Source: Carpediemonas membranifera BICM
Taxonomy: Eukaryota > Protista > Fornicata
Reading direction: 5' to 3'
Assembly: GCA_019828565.1 (NCBI GenBank)
Contig: JAHDYR010000038.1
Span: forward strand, 939,782-1,003,781
DNA: 64,000 nucleotides
A program made the translations under genes and the position numbers. Within the stretch, counting starts at the first letter, position 1. Every line of letters begins with the position of its first letter. The notes beneath the pieces are model-generated. The model had not been told where the DNA came from, did not search any database, and was given only the letters and a program-made list of their open reading frames with translations. This document shows, piece after piece, positions 20,304-30,483 of this stretch.

Positions 20304-22967
20304 CTAGAAATACTCTGGGCCATTCCTCCCTGAAATCCTGCGCTTGACCTTGCCCGGCAGCGCCACCCAGGGTCTCCAGAGGCCTCCCCTATTCCTGGTC
20401 AGTCGGCCAATCACCACCAGCATCTCATACGCAATGAGCAACAAGCCAGCGGGCGATATGGCGAACGTCAGCCAGTTCCACTCCGCGATCATCAGCAGCG
20501 CCGTACCGGCCCAAGTCAGTATCAGACAGGCGCCGTAAAACTGCACCACGAGCAGGGGCAGGAGCCGGCCTGGCCCCAGGGGGTTCGAGACTCGAGGTCC
20601 AGAGGTCGTGATGGCTGCGGTGGGCGCCCTGGCGATAACGGCCCGGGACGTGGCGCAGAGGAAGTTGGTGAGGGCGAAGAAGTTGGAGAAGATGAGGAGG
20701 GCCGAGACGAGGGCGGCAAAGTACGTTGGGGTGTAGCCCCGGCGGGTTACAATGCCAAAAGTAAATGCCACGCCCCACATATCACCGACGACCGGCCCAA
20801 TGACGAGTGGGCCGACGAGCATCAGCAGCATGACCAGGGCGACGTGCATGGGCAGGTCGTGTCTGCGGGCCAGGAAGCAGACGCCGCCCTGGACAACACG
20901 GCCGAACACCCTGCTCTTGATCAGGGCCTGCTGGACCGGGCGGAGGTAGGGCCGGGGCAGGGGGCGGACGTCGAGGTCGTCGAAGTCGAGCTCCACGGCG
21001 GAGGACAGGGCGATGAAGTAAGCCTCGCGGGCCTCGGCGCCGACGGTGTCGACCTTCACGGCGTCCCAGATGGTCGGGTAGTACTGCTGGAACAGGGGGT
21101 CGCCCGGTGGCTGGAGCGGGGCGGTGAGGATGCGCTTGCTGGCCTGGGACGCGGACAGCAGGGCCCAGAGCTGGAATGGGATGGAGAGCACGCGGGTCGG
21201 GGGCTGGACACGGGGGGCAAGGAAGAGGCACGCGACGGCAGCCTTGGGGATGACGAGGCCGGTACAGATGAACATGAAGGCAAAGATCAGCGGGGCGGTG
21301 AGGGCGACGCTGACGGGCATCGTCGCGGCGTACTGGAAGAGCATCTCTGCATAGTTCACCCCAGACAGCTCCACCGAGTGCCTGCTGGTGTGCCATCCGT
21401 CCCCTACAGTGTGGGTCGCCTCGCCATGCAGGGGGTCGGCTCTGAGTGAGGCCTGGGTGCCGTCAGTCGAGAAGTACTCGGCGTTGGTGTACTTCACTCC
21501 GTTGGCCGCCAGGGCCTCCACCTTCAAGTGGTGGATGCCGCTCATCGTCTCGGGCGACCAGGAGACCGTGTACAGCATGGAAGTACCGTTCCTGTCCGAG
21601 AGGGTCATCGGTGTGTCGGTCCCATCGATGGTGAGGGTAACCTGCACAGGCTCCAGCAGCCCGATGATCATGACTCGGACGTGCGAGGAGGCCCTGATGT
21701 TGCCCAGGGGGCGGTCTCGGTGGGACATGAAGGATGCGGAGGGGGGGTTAAGGATGTGCACGATAAGGCCGTCGAAGTCAGACACACCCGTGGCATCATA
21801 GACGGTGTCCATTGGGACGTCCGTGAACGACATCAGGTCGTGGTCAAAGGCGACGATTCGCATCATGTTGTGTTCCTTCCAGCATGCAAGCTGCATGTTC
21901 GGCGTCCCCCCGATCCGCCCGTAAATGTGGTCCGGGTGGATGTGACCGCAGAGATGCGCGTCGACGCCGTATTTGGACATCACTGACGAGAGCTTCGTGC
22001 CGTCTGACGTCATGAAGTTCAGAGGGTAGTGGGCGAACGAAAGGAGGGTGGTCTCGGGCGGGGTGGACGCCAGCATCGACTCGAAGGAGTCCGCCAGGTC
22101 CTTGGGGAGGAAGCCAAAGTAGTTGAAGGGGAAGACGAAGCCTGGGGCAAGGGCCGCGTCCACGCCGACGAGACGCACAGGAGAGCCCTTGTCTGGGGTG
22201 AATGTCATGTCTATAAGCCTGTTCTTGACCTCGTACGAGGTGTCTGCGTCGACAGGGTTCATCTCAAGGGTACCGCGGGTCGACTTGCGCCACAGCTTGG
22301 TATACTGGCCGTGGTACTTCACGAAGCCCTCGCACCTGCCTGGGAGCGTCGATGCCAGGCTGTATGAGCAGAAGTAGTTGTTGCTTGCAGTGAAGTCGTC
22401 AACGCCGTATGTATCATGGTTGCCGCGCATGTCGATCCAGTAGAGCGGGTCCTGGCGCCCAACCATGGAGGCATATGTCATCCAGTCCGCAGGCCACTGG
22501 CGGGTACGCATGCCCTCGAGGCCTGTGCGAGAGTCAGTCAGATCTCCGGTCAGAAGGACGAAATCTGGGTCAATGACGGGGGCAACGTTGTCGATAAACT
22601 GTGAAAGCGACCGGGCCCGCCACTGGTGGACCGCATCGACAGAGGAGATGTGCACGTCGGAGATCTGCACAAACCACCACGTCTCGTCGAACTTGGTGCC
22701 TGGAATGCCGGTTGTGGAGGAGATTGAGAGCTGGGCTTGGTAGAATCCCATGGCCCACAAAAATGAACAAGCAAAGAACATCAAGATACAGCAGAACTGA
22801 AGGAGGCAACAGAAATCGATCGTGAAGAGCGTGCCTGTGAGCCTATAGCCTCTCGAGTTGAAGGGGGTTGGTGTTTGGATCAAAAGAGGCGTATCGTCCT
22901 CGTCAAACTCAATATCGATAGCCTCAAGGTTCTCGCGCTGGAGATACGCGCCATTCTTGGGAGGCAT
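20304..22967 (-). CDS. TMEM62: TMEM62-like calcineurin-type metallophosphoesterase with TM segments
   Basis: QISDVH, TGDLTD, RGNHD, FAHYP and LCGHIH, plus C-terminal TM helices. Confidence 0.85.
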   Translation of the reverse strand: MPPKNGAYLQRENLEAIDIEFDEDDTPLLIQTPTPFNSRGYRLTGTLFTIDFCCLLQFCCILMFFACSFLWAMGFYQAQLSISSTTGIPGTKFDETWWFVQISDVHISSVDAVHQWRARSLSQFIDNVAPVIDPDFVLLTGDLTDSRTGLEGMRTRQWPADWMTYASMVGRQDPLYWIDMRGNHDTYGVDDFTASNNYFCSYSLASTLPGRCEGFVKYHGQYTKLWRKSTRGTLEMNPVDADTSYEVKNRLIDMTFTPDKGSPVRLVGVDAALAPGFVFPFNYFGFLPKDLADSFESMLASTPPETTLLSFAHYPLNFMTSDGTKLSSVMSKYGVDAHLCGHIHPDHIYGRIGGTPNMQLACWKEHNMMRIVAFDHDLMSFTDVPMDTVYDATGVSDFDGLIVHILNPPSASFMSHRDRPLGNIRASSHVRVMIIGLLEPVQVTLTIDGTDTPMTLSDRNGTSMLYTVSWSPETMSGIHHLKVEALAANGVKYTNAEYFSTDGTQASLRADPLHGEATHTVGDGWHTSRHSVELSGVNYAEMLFQYAATMPVSVALTAPLIFAFMFICTGLVIPKAAVACLFLAPRVQPPTRVLSIPFQLWALLSASQASKRILTAPLQPPGDPLFQQYYPTIWDAVKVDTVGAEAREAYFIALSSAVELDFDDLDVRPLPRPYLRPVQQALIKSRVFGRVVQGGVCFLARRHDLPMHVALVMLLMLVGPLVIGPVVGDMWGVAFTFGIVTRRGYTPTYFAALVSALLIFSNFFALTNFLCATSRAVIARAPTAAITTSGPRVSNPLGPGRLLPLLVVQFYGACLILTWAGTALLMIAEWNWLTFAISPAGLLLIAYEMLVVIGRLTRNRGGLWRPWVALPGKVKRRISGRNGPEYF

Positions 22968-23216
22968 ACGGACAATTAAAGGACTTCCGAGTTTCGGCGC
23001 GATCCACTCGATCTCGCAGCGAGCAGGTTACCCAGCCATCGAATCTCGCGGCAGTCAAGCGCAACGTGGGCTAAAGATCTACTCTAGTGCAATGTATCTG
23101 GACGCACTACGCACAGGCAAGGCTATATTCATTTTCTCGGACAACTCGTATCGTAGCTTGGTCAATCGTAGGTCAGGCCAACATGCCACAATCATGACGA
23201 TATACTGAGTTATACT

Positions 23217-24204
23217 TTAAAAGCTGACGGACATGAGCCCGCCGCACTCAGATTCCATGTCCGAGCGCACTTCGTCAAAGAAGGGATGGGCCAGTGCAGA
23301 CTTCGCGTCGATTCTCTGCGAAGGGTCGTATGCCAGCATCTTCCTGATCAGATCAATGGCTTGGGGGTCGGCCCCGGGGAGGACGGACTCGAGGCCTTGG
23401 GGCCTGAACTTGGGCAGGGTTGGCTTGTAGTCGGGCAGCTTGGTCACGCCAGGCCACTCGGCCTCAGTGGGAGTACCGAGAACCTGGAAGATCTTGAAGA
23501 GCTCGTCAATCTCGGAGATGCCAGGGAAGAGGGCCTTCTTGGTGATCATCTCGGCGACTGGGTAAACTGCGGGTTTGGGGAACAAACGAATGGTGCCGAC
23601 TGACCACATGTCTACGGGTGTAGAGTAGTGCTTGGACCCGAGCAGGATCTCGGGGGCGCGGTACCAGAGGGTGACGATCTCGTGTGTGTACTGCCGCACA
23701 GGCACGCCGAACGCACGTGCAAGACCGAAGTCAGCAAGCTTCAGGTTGCGGTTAGAGTCAATGAGGAGGTTTTGGGGCTTGAGGTCGCGGTGGATGACGC
23801 GGCGGCAGTGGCAGAAGTAGAGACCGTAGACCATCTGGTAGGCCATGCGCTTCAGAAGAGTGCCCTTGATGCCGTTAGGAGTGTCGTCTGTGAAGCGCTT
23901 GAGGTCGGAGTCGCAGAACCTGTGTTAGCTTGAAATGAGGGACAAACTCCATGACGAGCCAGAGACGGGCGTCCTGAGTGACAGCATCGATAAGCTGGAC
24001 AATAGTAGAGTGCTGAAGCTCCTTTAGGAGAGATACTTCGCGAATAGCAGTTCCGGGAACGCCTTCATCGCCATGCTCAAGGCGGATCTTTTTGAGCGCA
24101 ACAATTTTGCCCGATTCGATGTCACGCGCCTTGTGAACAACGCCATAAGTGCCTTCGCCAAGTTTCTCTAATTTCTGGTATCTCTCAATGCCTGATGGAG
24201 CCAT
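23217..24204 (-). CDS. CDK1: Cyclin-dependent kinase, CDK1/2-like; introns 23920-23947 and 23558-23587
   Basis: [38 protein letters not shown]. The 28-nt and 30-nt GTTTGT introns give MEFCDSDLK and VGTILAEM. Confidence 0.95.
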
Positions 24205-24539
24205 CCGCTCAGTCGCTTCAATAGTGAGCATAAACTGCGGACACCCGGAATTCCGCTCACACAGTCACCAAAGGCGGAGAGTATAGAGCATGCCGACAAA
24301 ACAAATACGGAGAATACGATGATAAATGCCAGATAAACGATCGTTACTTGCTCACCCATGGAATTCGGCAGATCTCACGCGCTCTGGTCAAATCCGACAA
24401 CACAAAGTGTGCCTTTGCTGCGGCAAGTCAGTTAAACGAGCAGACCAGCAGGCTGACATTCAAACGTCGTAGAACAAAACTCGTCATTCAGTCTACCGTG
24501 TGGCTGAGGGATACGGGATATCTTTACTCGTGCGTTCGT

Positions 24540-24809
24540 TTACTCGGACTTGACTGCCGAGTACACCCACTGGGCGTGGTGGCGGACGACGGGGCGGATA
24601 GCACCCTCCTCAGCAAGCTGGTTGATCAGGGCACGGGCGAGGGAGCCGGAGATCTTGTTGTTGGCGGAAAGGGTGGAGATGGTGATGATGTTGCTGCGGG
24701 AGCAGAACTTCTTAGCCTCCTCAAACTTGGCAGGAGTGAACATGATAGCGTTGTTCAGCTTGTTCTCCTGGGACTTGCCCATACCCCACTTCTTAGGTGC
24801 CTTAGCCAT
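24540..24809 (-). CDS. RPS25: 40S ribosomal protein S25 (eS25)
   Basis: KKWGMGK..EKLNN, KISGSLARAL, HHAQWVY. Confidence 0.95.
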   Translation of the reverse strand: MAKAPKKWGMGKSQENKLNNAIMFTPAKFEEAKKFCSRSNIITISTLSANNKISGSLARALINQLAEEGAIRPVVRHHAQWVYSAVKSE

Positions 24810-25379
24810 CTAGATAAGCGAGAATGGATGTACGGCGATGAATGGAACGCATTGGACACCACAAATGCGTCCACAAAAGCCTGAGAGGTACAAACTTCGA
24901 CGAGTGCTTTCACAGGATTGAAAGAAAACCCAATGTTCGATAAAAATGGTCTTAATTCTAAAAGGCAAGAAAGGGAAATAAAGTCCTCTGTGGCTGTGAT
25001 GACTTGGGTGAGGCAACGTTGCCATGGCGGCTTCGTGTCGCCCGAGAAAAAAATTGCCAACCAGCTCGACGCTTTCTGTCAAGACTGCACCTGACTGTTT
25101 GGGTTCTAGTAACGACGTAGTGTATAGCACAAATTAGGATCGCACGTTCATCGTCTCTGACCCTGCTTGACACCATCAGGACAAAATTTATGAGGACATC
25201 ATCTGCGACCGTTTTTTCTTTTTATTGGCATCACCCACGAAGGCTCGACGGAGAAGCTCTACATCCACGGCTCGTCTCACATGCGGGGATCTCTAAGGTG
25301 ATATCGCGTTAGACACATTCTTGACCTGCTTTGACATATCTGCAGCTCTCTTAGGACTAAATTTATGCGTGGAATAGTA

Positions 25380-26990
25380 TTAGCGATTGACCGGCACAAA
25401 TCTGTGAATCTGATACGGTGCCGGTCTAAGCTGCGCGGGCAGTGGTTCGAGGGATGCTGTGCCGTCATCCTCGACCACCGTGCTGAACCACGCCCCCTCG
25501 TTGTCTCTGACTTGCAACATGAGGGACGGGTTGCCGCAGATGGCGTCGACCTCAATAGGGACCATCAGCGTGGGGAAGGCCGACCGGCATGCCTCGAAGA
25601 TGGTCGTGCCATCAGTCACCACCCAGCCGGACATGAAGCCGTCCGTGAATATCGCCCGGACGTGGGGGAGGAAGTTCATGGGCGTGGCCGTGGGGCAGAC
25701 GTCGCCCTTGGTGCCGTATCCGGGGACGCTCTTAGTGGCGGCAAGAATCTCGGAGACGACGCCGGCGAAGAGGACATCGGTGCCGCTGATAATCATGGTC
25801 AATGACTGGAAGCTGTCGGCATAGAAAATGCGGTCGACCTTGTATGACGCAGGGACGAAGCCGACCACGGGGTCGCGGTGTCCGAGCCCCAGCTGACCCA
25901 TCTTGTTGAACCCGCCGATAAGCTGCCTGGTCCCGTCGGACAAGACCGTGATGTCGCCCTGGGAGATGATCTCCGTCACCACAAACCCTTGAGGCAGGGG
26001 GACGGGGTTGAACTCGGATGGGACGGCAGCGGGCCCGGCCAGACACCGGGAGTTGAAGCCGGACACCGCCAGGCCGACCGGGGTGAGTATGAAGGTCTGG
26101 TCGGGAGTGACGAACACCTTGGTCACGAGGTCATGCTTCCTCCACGGGGGCAGGCTGGTCTCCGCCTGGGTGATCTCGGGACAAAGTGGGAAGGCAAGGC
26201 GGGTCGGTTTGGCAGACGTGGCCCGACGTCCGAACTGACCCGGGGCGCTACCGAACCTGGTGCATCCGTAGATGCCCTTCACCGTGACGAGCACCGTCGT
26301 CCCCTGGGACGTAGTGATGCTTACGATCGGGGGGAGCCGAATCTGGAAGTACTTGGGCTGCGCAGTCGACCGGCCGTCAAGGACCGTGTCCGACACGAGC
26401 ATTATGAAGGCCTTACCGCCATACAGCCGGTGGTAAATGTTGAGCCCGTCGTTCCCACATCGGTCGTAGTGGACAAAACCGTCTCGCTGGGCCGACCGGT
26501 GTGCATGGAACAGCTTCCTGGACATGAACCAAGGGCGCTTGTCGATATCGTCGTACGCCTTGTGCTCGCGGTCCTCGAGGTCGGGATCCCAGCCCGCAGC
26601 AGTGCCGATAGCAACCAGCGTGGCGAGGGGCAGCGCAAAGAGGCTGGGCGATCTCCTCTCGCAGTTGTTGGGCGACTTGGCTATGGTAGATGCGGTGTAC
26701 TTGGATAGGATAGCAAGAGCGCGGTCAACGAAGAGTTGAGCGTCTGGGTGCAGGCGAAGAGCTTCGATGAAGAAACAGAGGTTCGTCAATGGAGCAGAAC
26801 TGTTTGTAGCGGACGCATTATGCAATGTATTCACAGTATTTTGGGGCAAAGGCTTCGAGAATTGCTTCGAGAAGGCCCGAGACAGCAACGACGGAACATC
26901 GTCATTAAGATTCCACGCGGAAGCCGCAGCGAAATGATGCGCTCTCAGAACATCATCTTCGGTGCTATAAACCGCTCCATCGCTTGTCAT
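25380..26990 (-). CDS. RCC1-like repeat family protein (536 aa)
   Basis: GFNKMGQLGLG RCC1-type motif; paralogue at 159-1694. Confidence 0.75.
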   Translation of the reverse strand: MTSDGAVYSTEDDVLRAHHFAAASAWNLNDDVPSLLSRAFSKQFSKPLPQNTVNTLHNASATNSSAPLTNLCFFIEALRLHPDAQLFVDRALAILSKYTASTIAKSPNNCERRSPSLFALPLATLVAIGTAAGWDPDLEDREHKAYDDIDKRPWFMSRKLFHAHRSAQRDGFVHYDRCGNDGLNIYHRLYGGKAFIMLVSDTVLDGRSTAQPKYFQIRLPPIVSITTSQGTTVLVTVKGIYGCTRFGSAPGQFGRRATSAKPTRLAFPLCPEITQAETSLPPWRKHDLVTKVFVTPDQTFILTPVGLAVSGFNSRCLAGPAAVPSEFNPVPLPQGFVVTEIISQGDITVLSDGTRQLIGGFNKMGQLGLGHRDPVVGFVPASYKVDRIFYADSFQSLTMIISGTDVLFAGVVSEILAATKSVPGYGTKGDVCPTATPMNFLPHVRAIFTDGFMSGWVVTDGTTIFEACRSAFPTLMVPIEVDAICGNPSLMLQVRDNEGAWFSTVVEDDGTASLEPLPAQLRPAPYQIHRFVPVNR

Positions 26991-27205
26991 CGGGAAAAAG
27001 AGTTCTGTGCTTCACACCCGCCCGAGGATTTGTTCACAGTTGGATGAAGTCACCCCAATTTCAAGCTTAAGAAAACGGCCGCTGGGCCCATGCTTCGACG
27101 CGTCTGGCTTTGCGCGGGCGTCTTTCTCGCCAACTCGATCTTTCGGCGCCAGCGTGTGGAACACACACACTTACTCGCGGGTCAGTCAGCGATCAATCAC
27201 ACCGT

Positions 27206-28054
27206 TTACTCCCAGTTCTGCAGGCCAAACGTGATAAACCGTGCCCCAGCGTCCATCCGCGCCGGTCGTGGCACGCTCGCTCTGTTCACCGGGGCGGGCA
27301 GAGACCTCCAGTCCCTCGCGCCCGCCGGCCGCACAGGACCCTTGTACGTGGTACGGGTGCTGGGTGCGATCGCAATGGCCGGGGAGGGTGTCCTGTGCTG
27401 AGATGCCGGGGCGGGGACGCGCTGGATGATGCGATCCATCTCCAGGAACACCCGTGACCAGATGGGCTCCCGCTTCAGCCTGGCCCGCCGTAGTCCTGGC
27501 GCCCGGCTGACATGTATGGGCCGGTATGGCTTGGGGACAGCGAGGGGCGGCACTGCGTCGAAGTCGGGGGTCGGCCGGGGTACATGGTCTACTGAGTGCG
27601 CTAGGAACCGGACCAGGACAGACGACGCCATGTTGCTGCTGGGCGTGGGCAGGGGCGGCGGTGTGAGAGTCGTCGGTGCTCTGTAGAGTGCGAGTGGCGC
27701 CAACGACAGCGTGCCCTGGGGCGAGTAGGAATCGACACTGTCGCGGAAGGATACTGCGCCGAGCTTAGTCCGGACACGGGTCGGCATGCCCTTCTTGCGG
27801 AGGATTCCCCTGGGAAGCGCGGGCTCGTCAGAATCAGTTGCTTCACTGTCGGTGGACTTCGGGGATGGTATCTTGGGAGGCGATTGGACATTCTCTGTGG
27901 GCTTTTCATAGTGATATCGCCTTTTCTGCGCTGATTGTTTCTTCCTTGGCCTCTTTCGTATGAGCTTCAGCGTTTCCTGCATAACAACGACGGCAGAAAC
28001 GAACTTCAACAGCGTTATGATACCTTTGATCCTTATAACCCTTGCTCTTTTCAA
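27206..28054 (-). CDS. Hypothetical basic, Pro-rich protein (5' end uncertain)
   Basis: 282-codon ORF on the same strand as its neighbours. No recognised motif. Confidence 0.5.
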   Translation of the reverse strand: MKRARVIRIKGIITLLKFVSAVVVMQETLKLIRKRPRKKQSAQKRRYHYEKPTENVQSPPKIPSPKSTDSEATDSDEPALPRGILRKKGMPTRVRTKLGAVSFRDSVDSYSPQGTLSLAPLALYRAPTTLTPPPLPTPSSNMASSVLVRFLAHSVDHVPRPTPDFDAVPPLAVPKPYRPIHVSRAPGLRRARLKREPIWSRVFLEMDRIIQRVPAPASQHRTPSPAIAIAPSTRTTYKGPVRPAGARDWRSLPAPVNRASVPRPARMDAGARFITFGLQNWE

Positions 28055-28511
28055 ATACTTCAGGGTGGAGCTCCTTCTTCGGCTTCATCCAAATGTGCTC
28101 ACTTCCGGCGTCAGTCGGAGAAGTCAACCGGCCTAACCTTCTCAGAAGTTGATTTCGCACGAACCGCGGAGCTGTGTAACGCGGCGCCAAGGTGAATCCC
28201 TAACTCCCTTCGCCTTGTCTACCCACGGCTTCTCTCTTCTGCCAGCTGTTCCCTGAGCTGACAGATCTCGATCAGCAGGACGGCGTTTTCTGCCCGGGGC
28301 CAGTCCAGCTCGAAGCCCTGAAGCTTCTCAGTTCTTCTTCTGTGACGACATCCCATTGTGCAGGCTAACCAGCATCGAAGACACGGCAGACTGGCATGTC
28401 AGGCCTCGCTAAAGCCCAAGTTGAGTCCTATGTGCTGCAGCCAAGGACTTTATGTGCGGATCTGATGAGGCTACAATCGGTGAGAACATTAGCGTGGCCA
28501 TGACAGGCTCC

Positions 28512-28736
28512 TCAGAAGAGTACGAAGACGACGAGCAATATAAAGACCATTAGAACATTCAAGATGAGGATAATAACCCTCAAGTAGTGGAGAACGTGGA
28601 AGAAGTTGAGGATCTTCGCAATGACGCTTTCCTCGCTACGCATGGTGCGCTGTCTCATGAATTTGAAGTTAAGGATCGCACCTGCATTCACAAACAGGGT
28701 GATTGCGATCAAAAAGTCGGAGAGACTGAAGAGCAT
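28512..28736 (-). CDS. SMIM7: Small integral membrane protein 7-like
   Basis: TLFVNAGAILNFK...YLRVIILILNVLM resembles SMIM7 TLLMNAGAVLNFK...YFRIFIALWNIFM. Confidence 0.8.
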   Translation of the reverse strand: MLFSLSDFLIAITLFVNAGAILNFKFMRQRTMRSEESVIAKILNFFHVLHYLRVIILILNVLMVFILLVVFVLF

Positions 28737-30483
28737 CGCCAGTTGTCGCGATCACGAGCCGTTTTTACGAGTTACATTGTGTGACATTAAAGCTCCTGGG
28801 CGCAGTAGTTACCGTAACTTACGCTTGTTCAGCTCTCTATGCCGTGTTCAGTGACAAAGTTTGGCTTCATTAGGCAGGGCTTGTTCTGCCAGGGCAAATC
28901 TGACAAATCAGAAATTCAGACGAAAGTAACCCCCATGGGTGTGACTCACATATGGGGCTCCACGCCGCGGGCTGCCCTCCCGCATACACTCGCCAACCGC
29001 CAGCTGCTGCTGGGTCGTCCAAGTGTATCATCCAGGCTCACTGTCCTAGGTCCATCTGATGTCGTGCGGCAGTCTCACACTGCCCACGCGCTCCTAGCTA
29101 GGAACCGGGCTCCGCGCCGTGCAAGGTGGCGCGGATGTCCCGGTGTGCTGCAAGGGCCAGAGGCCAATGCAAAACCACGGGTCCGAAGACGCTGTGGCGC
29201 ACAGCTTGGATTTTGACATCATGCGATGGTGGCGGACTTACCTTGTTGCCGCTCCAGGGTCCCGTCGGCTCACCTGATTGATGTTGTTTAGTTCGGCGCA
29301 GTGAAATGGCCAATCAGACTGATATGAGAAAGATATGACCTGGTGCTATTGATATAGCGTTCAGCGCGGATTCAGGACAGCAGATACAACGAAGACTTCA
29401 ATTGCAGCAAGGGCGTTGGTTGTCCCAAAATTTGTGCGTGTCACTGGAAGACTTTGCGAGAAAAAAATCTGCCAAGACGTTAACAACTCTATCTGCACCA
29501 CTGCTCTATGCGGTTCTAGAAACCGGGTGCATGATCGTAGCTCAGCAGAGGTCTGAGGTCAAATGGAGTCAAGTCGAGTCGAAAAATTCCCTTTTCGCCC
29601 ATTGATCGAGTGCCAATGGAGTGTGCACCCAGCCCACGTCCATCCTAGTTTTAGACGTATCTAAGACTATTGCCCCACTTACAGCCTCTAGCTGAGTGTC
29701 ATCCGAATTCAGTGGAGCGAACTCAGTGCTCAGCGAGGTCACCGCGATCAAGGCTGACACTGAGTTCAAAGCTGCTGGCGGGGCAATTGCACTCTATTCA
29801 AGCCTAGTAGCTGGGGTTACGCCAGTGGGTGCAGGCTGAGGGTGGATTGCGTCAAACTGAGTCGTCATTTTCGATGACTCCAGAAATTAAGGTTGGCAGG
29901 TTAAAAAATAAAGATGGGTCAGCCATCCTGTATGAGCTTCTATTTTGATGTAATGGCGTGAGTTTCAGCCCTCTCCGACCTCTATTCGTCAAGTTCGATG
30001 TCGGTCGAAATCGAAGTTTGGGCCGACTCCAAACACATACTTCCAGTGTGCGCCCGCTGGTAATGGTCCGGATCCAGATGTCAGAGGGCTATACAAGCTT
30101 TATGGCAGAGCGGCAGCGATTCGATGATAGTAGTCGAGGTGAGAGCATCGTTCAGCTTCGGACCCGCAGTCGATAGGATTTCAAATCGGGTGAACATGTC
30201 GCCAACCTGCTGGCTGGTATCGCTACAGCATGGACTCAAAAGCATGCACGCACCATTTTGAGTGGTTGAACTCGGGGCTCGATATGGTCTAATGGTTGTC
30301 AGTCACATCTGGATGATCTGGTTGCAACCAAGAGGAAGGGGGAATGGCATGTGTGCTGATCGCGCGTGAACCGACGCGTTGAGATTTGTGGTTCTCTGTG
30401 ACAACGGCCCTCCCTCACCCACCACTCTACGACAGTTTATAAGGGACATGTGCCCCCACGTTCAGTTAGCGCGGGTCGACGAG

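Noticed and set aside
28800-30480. 1.7-kb gap with short ORFs
   Set aside because: No recognisable protein motif, repeat or RNA gene; left unannotated.
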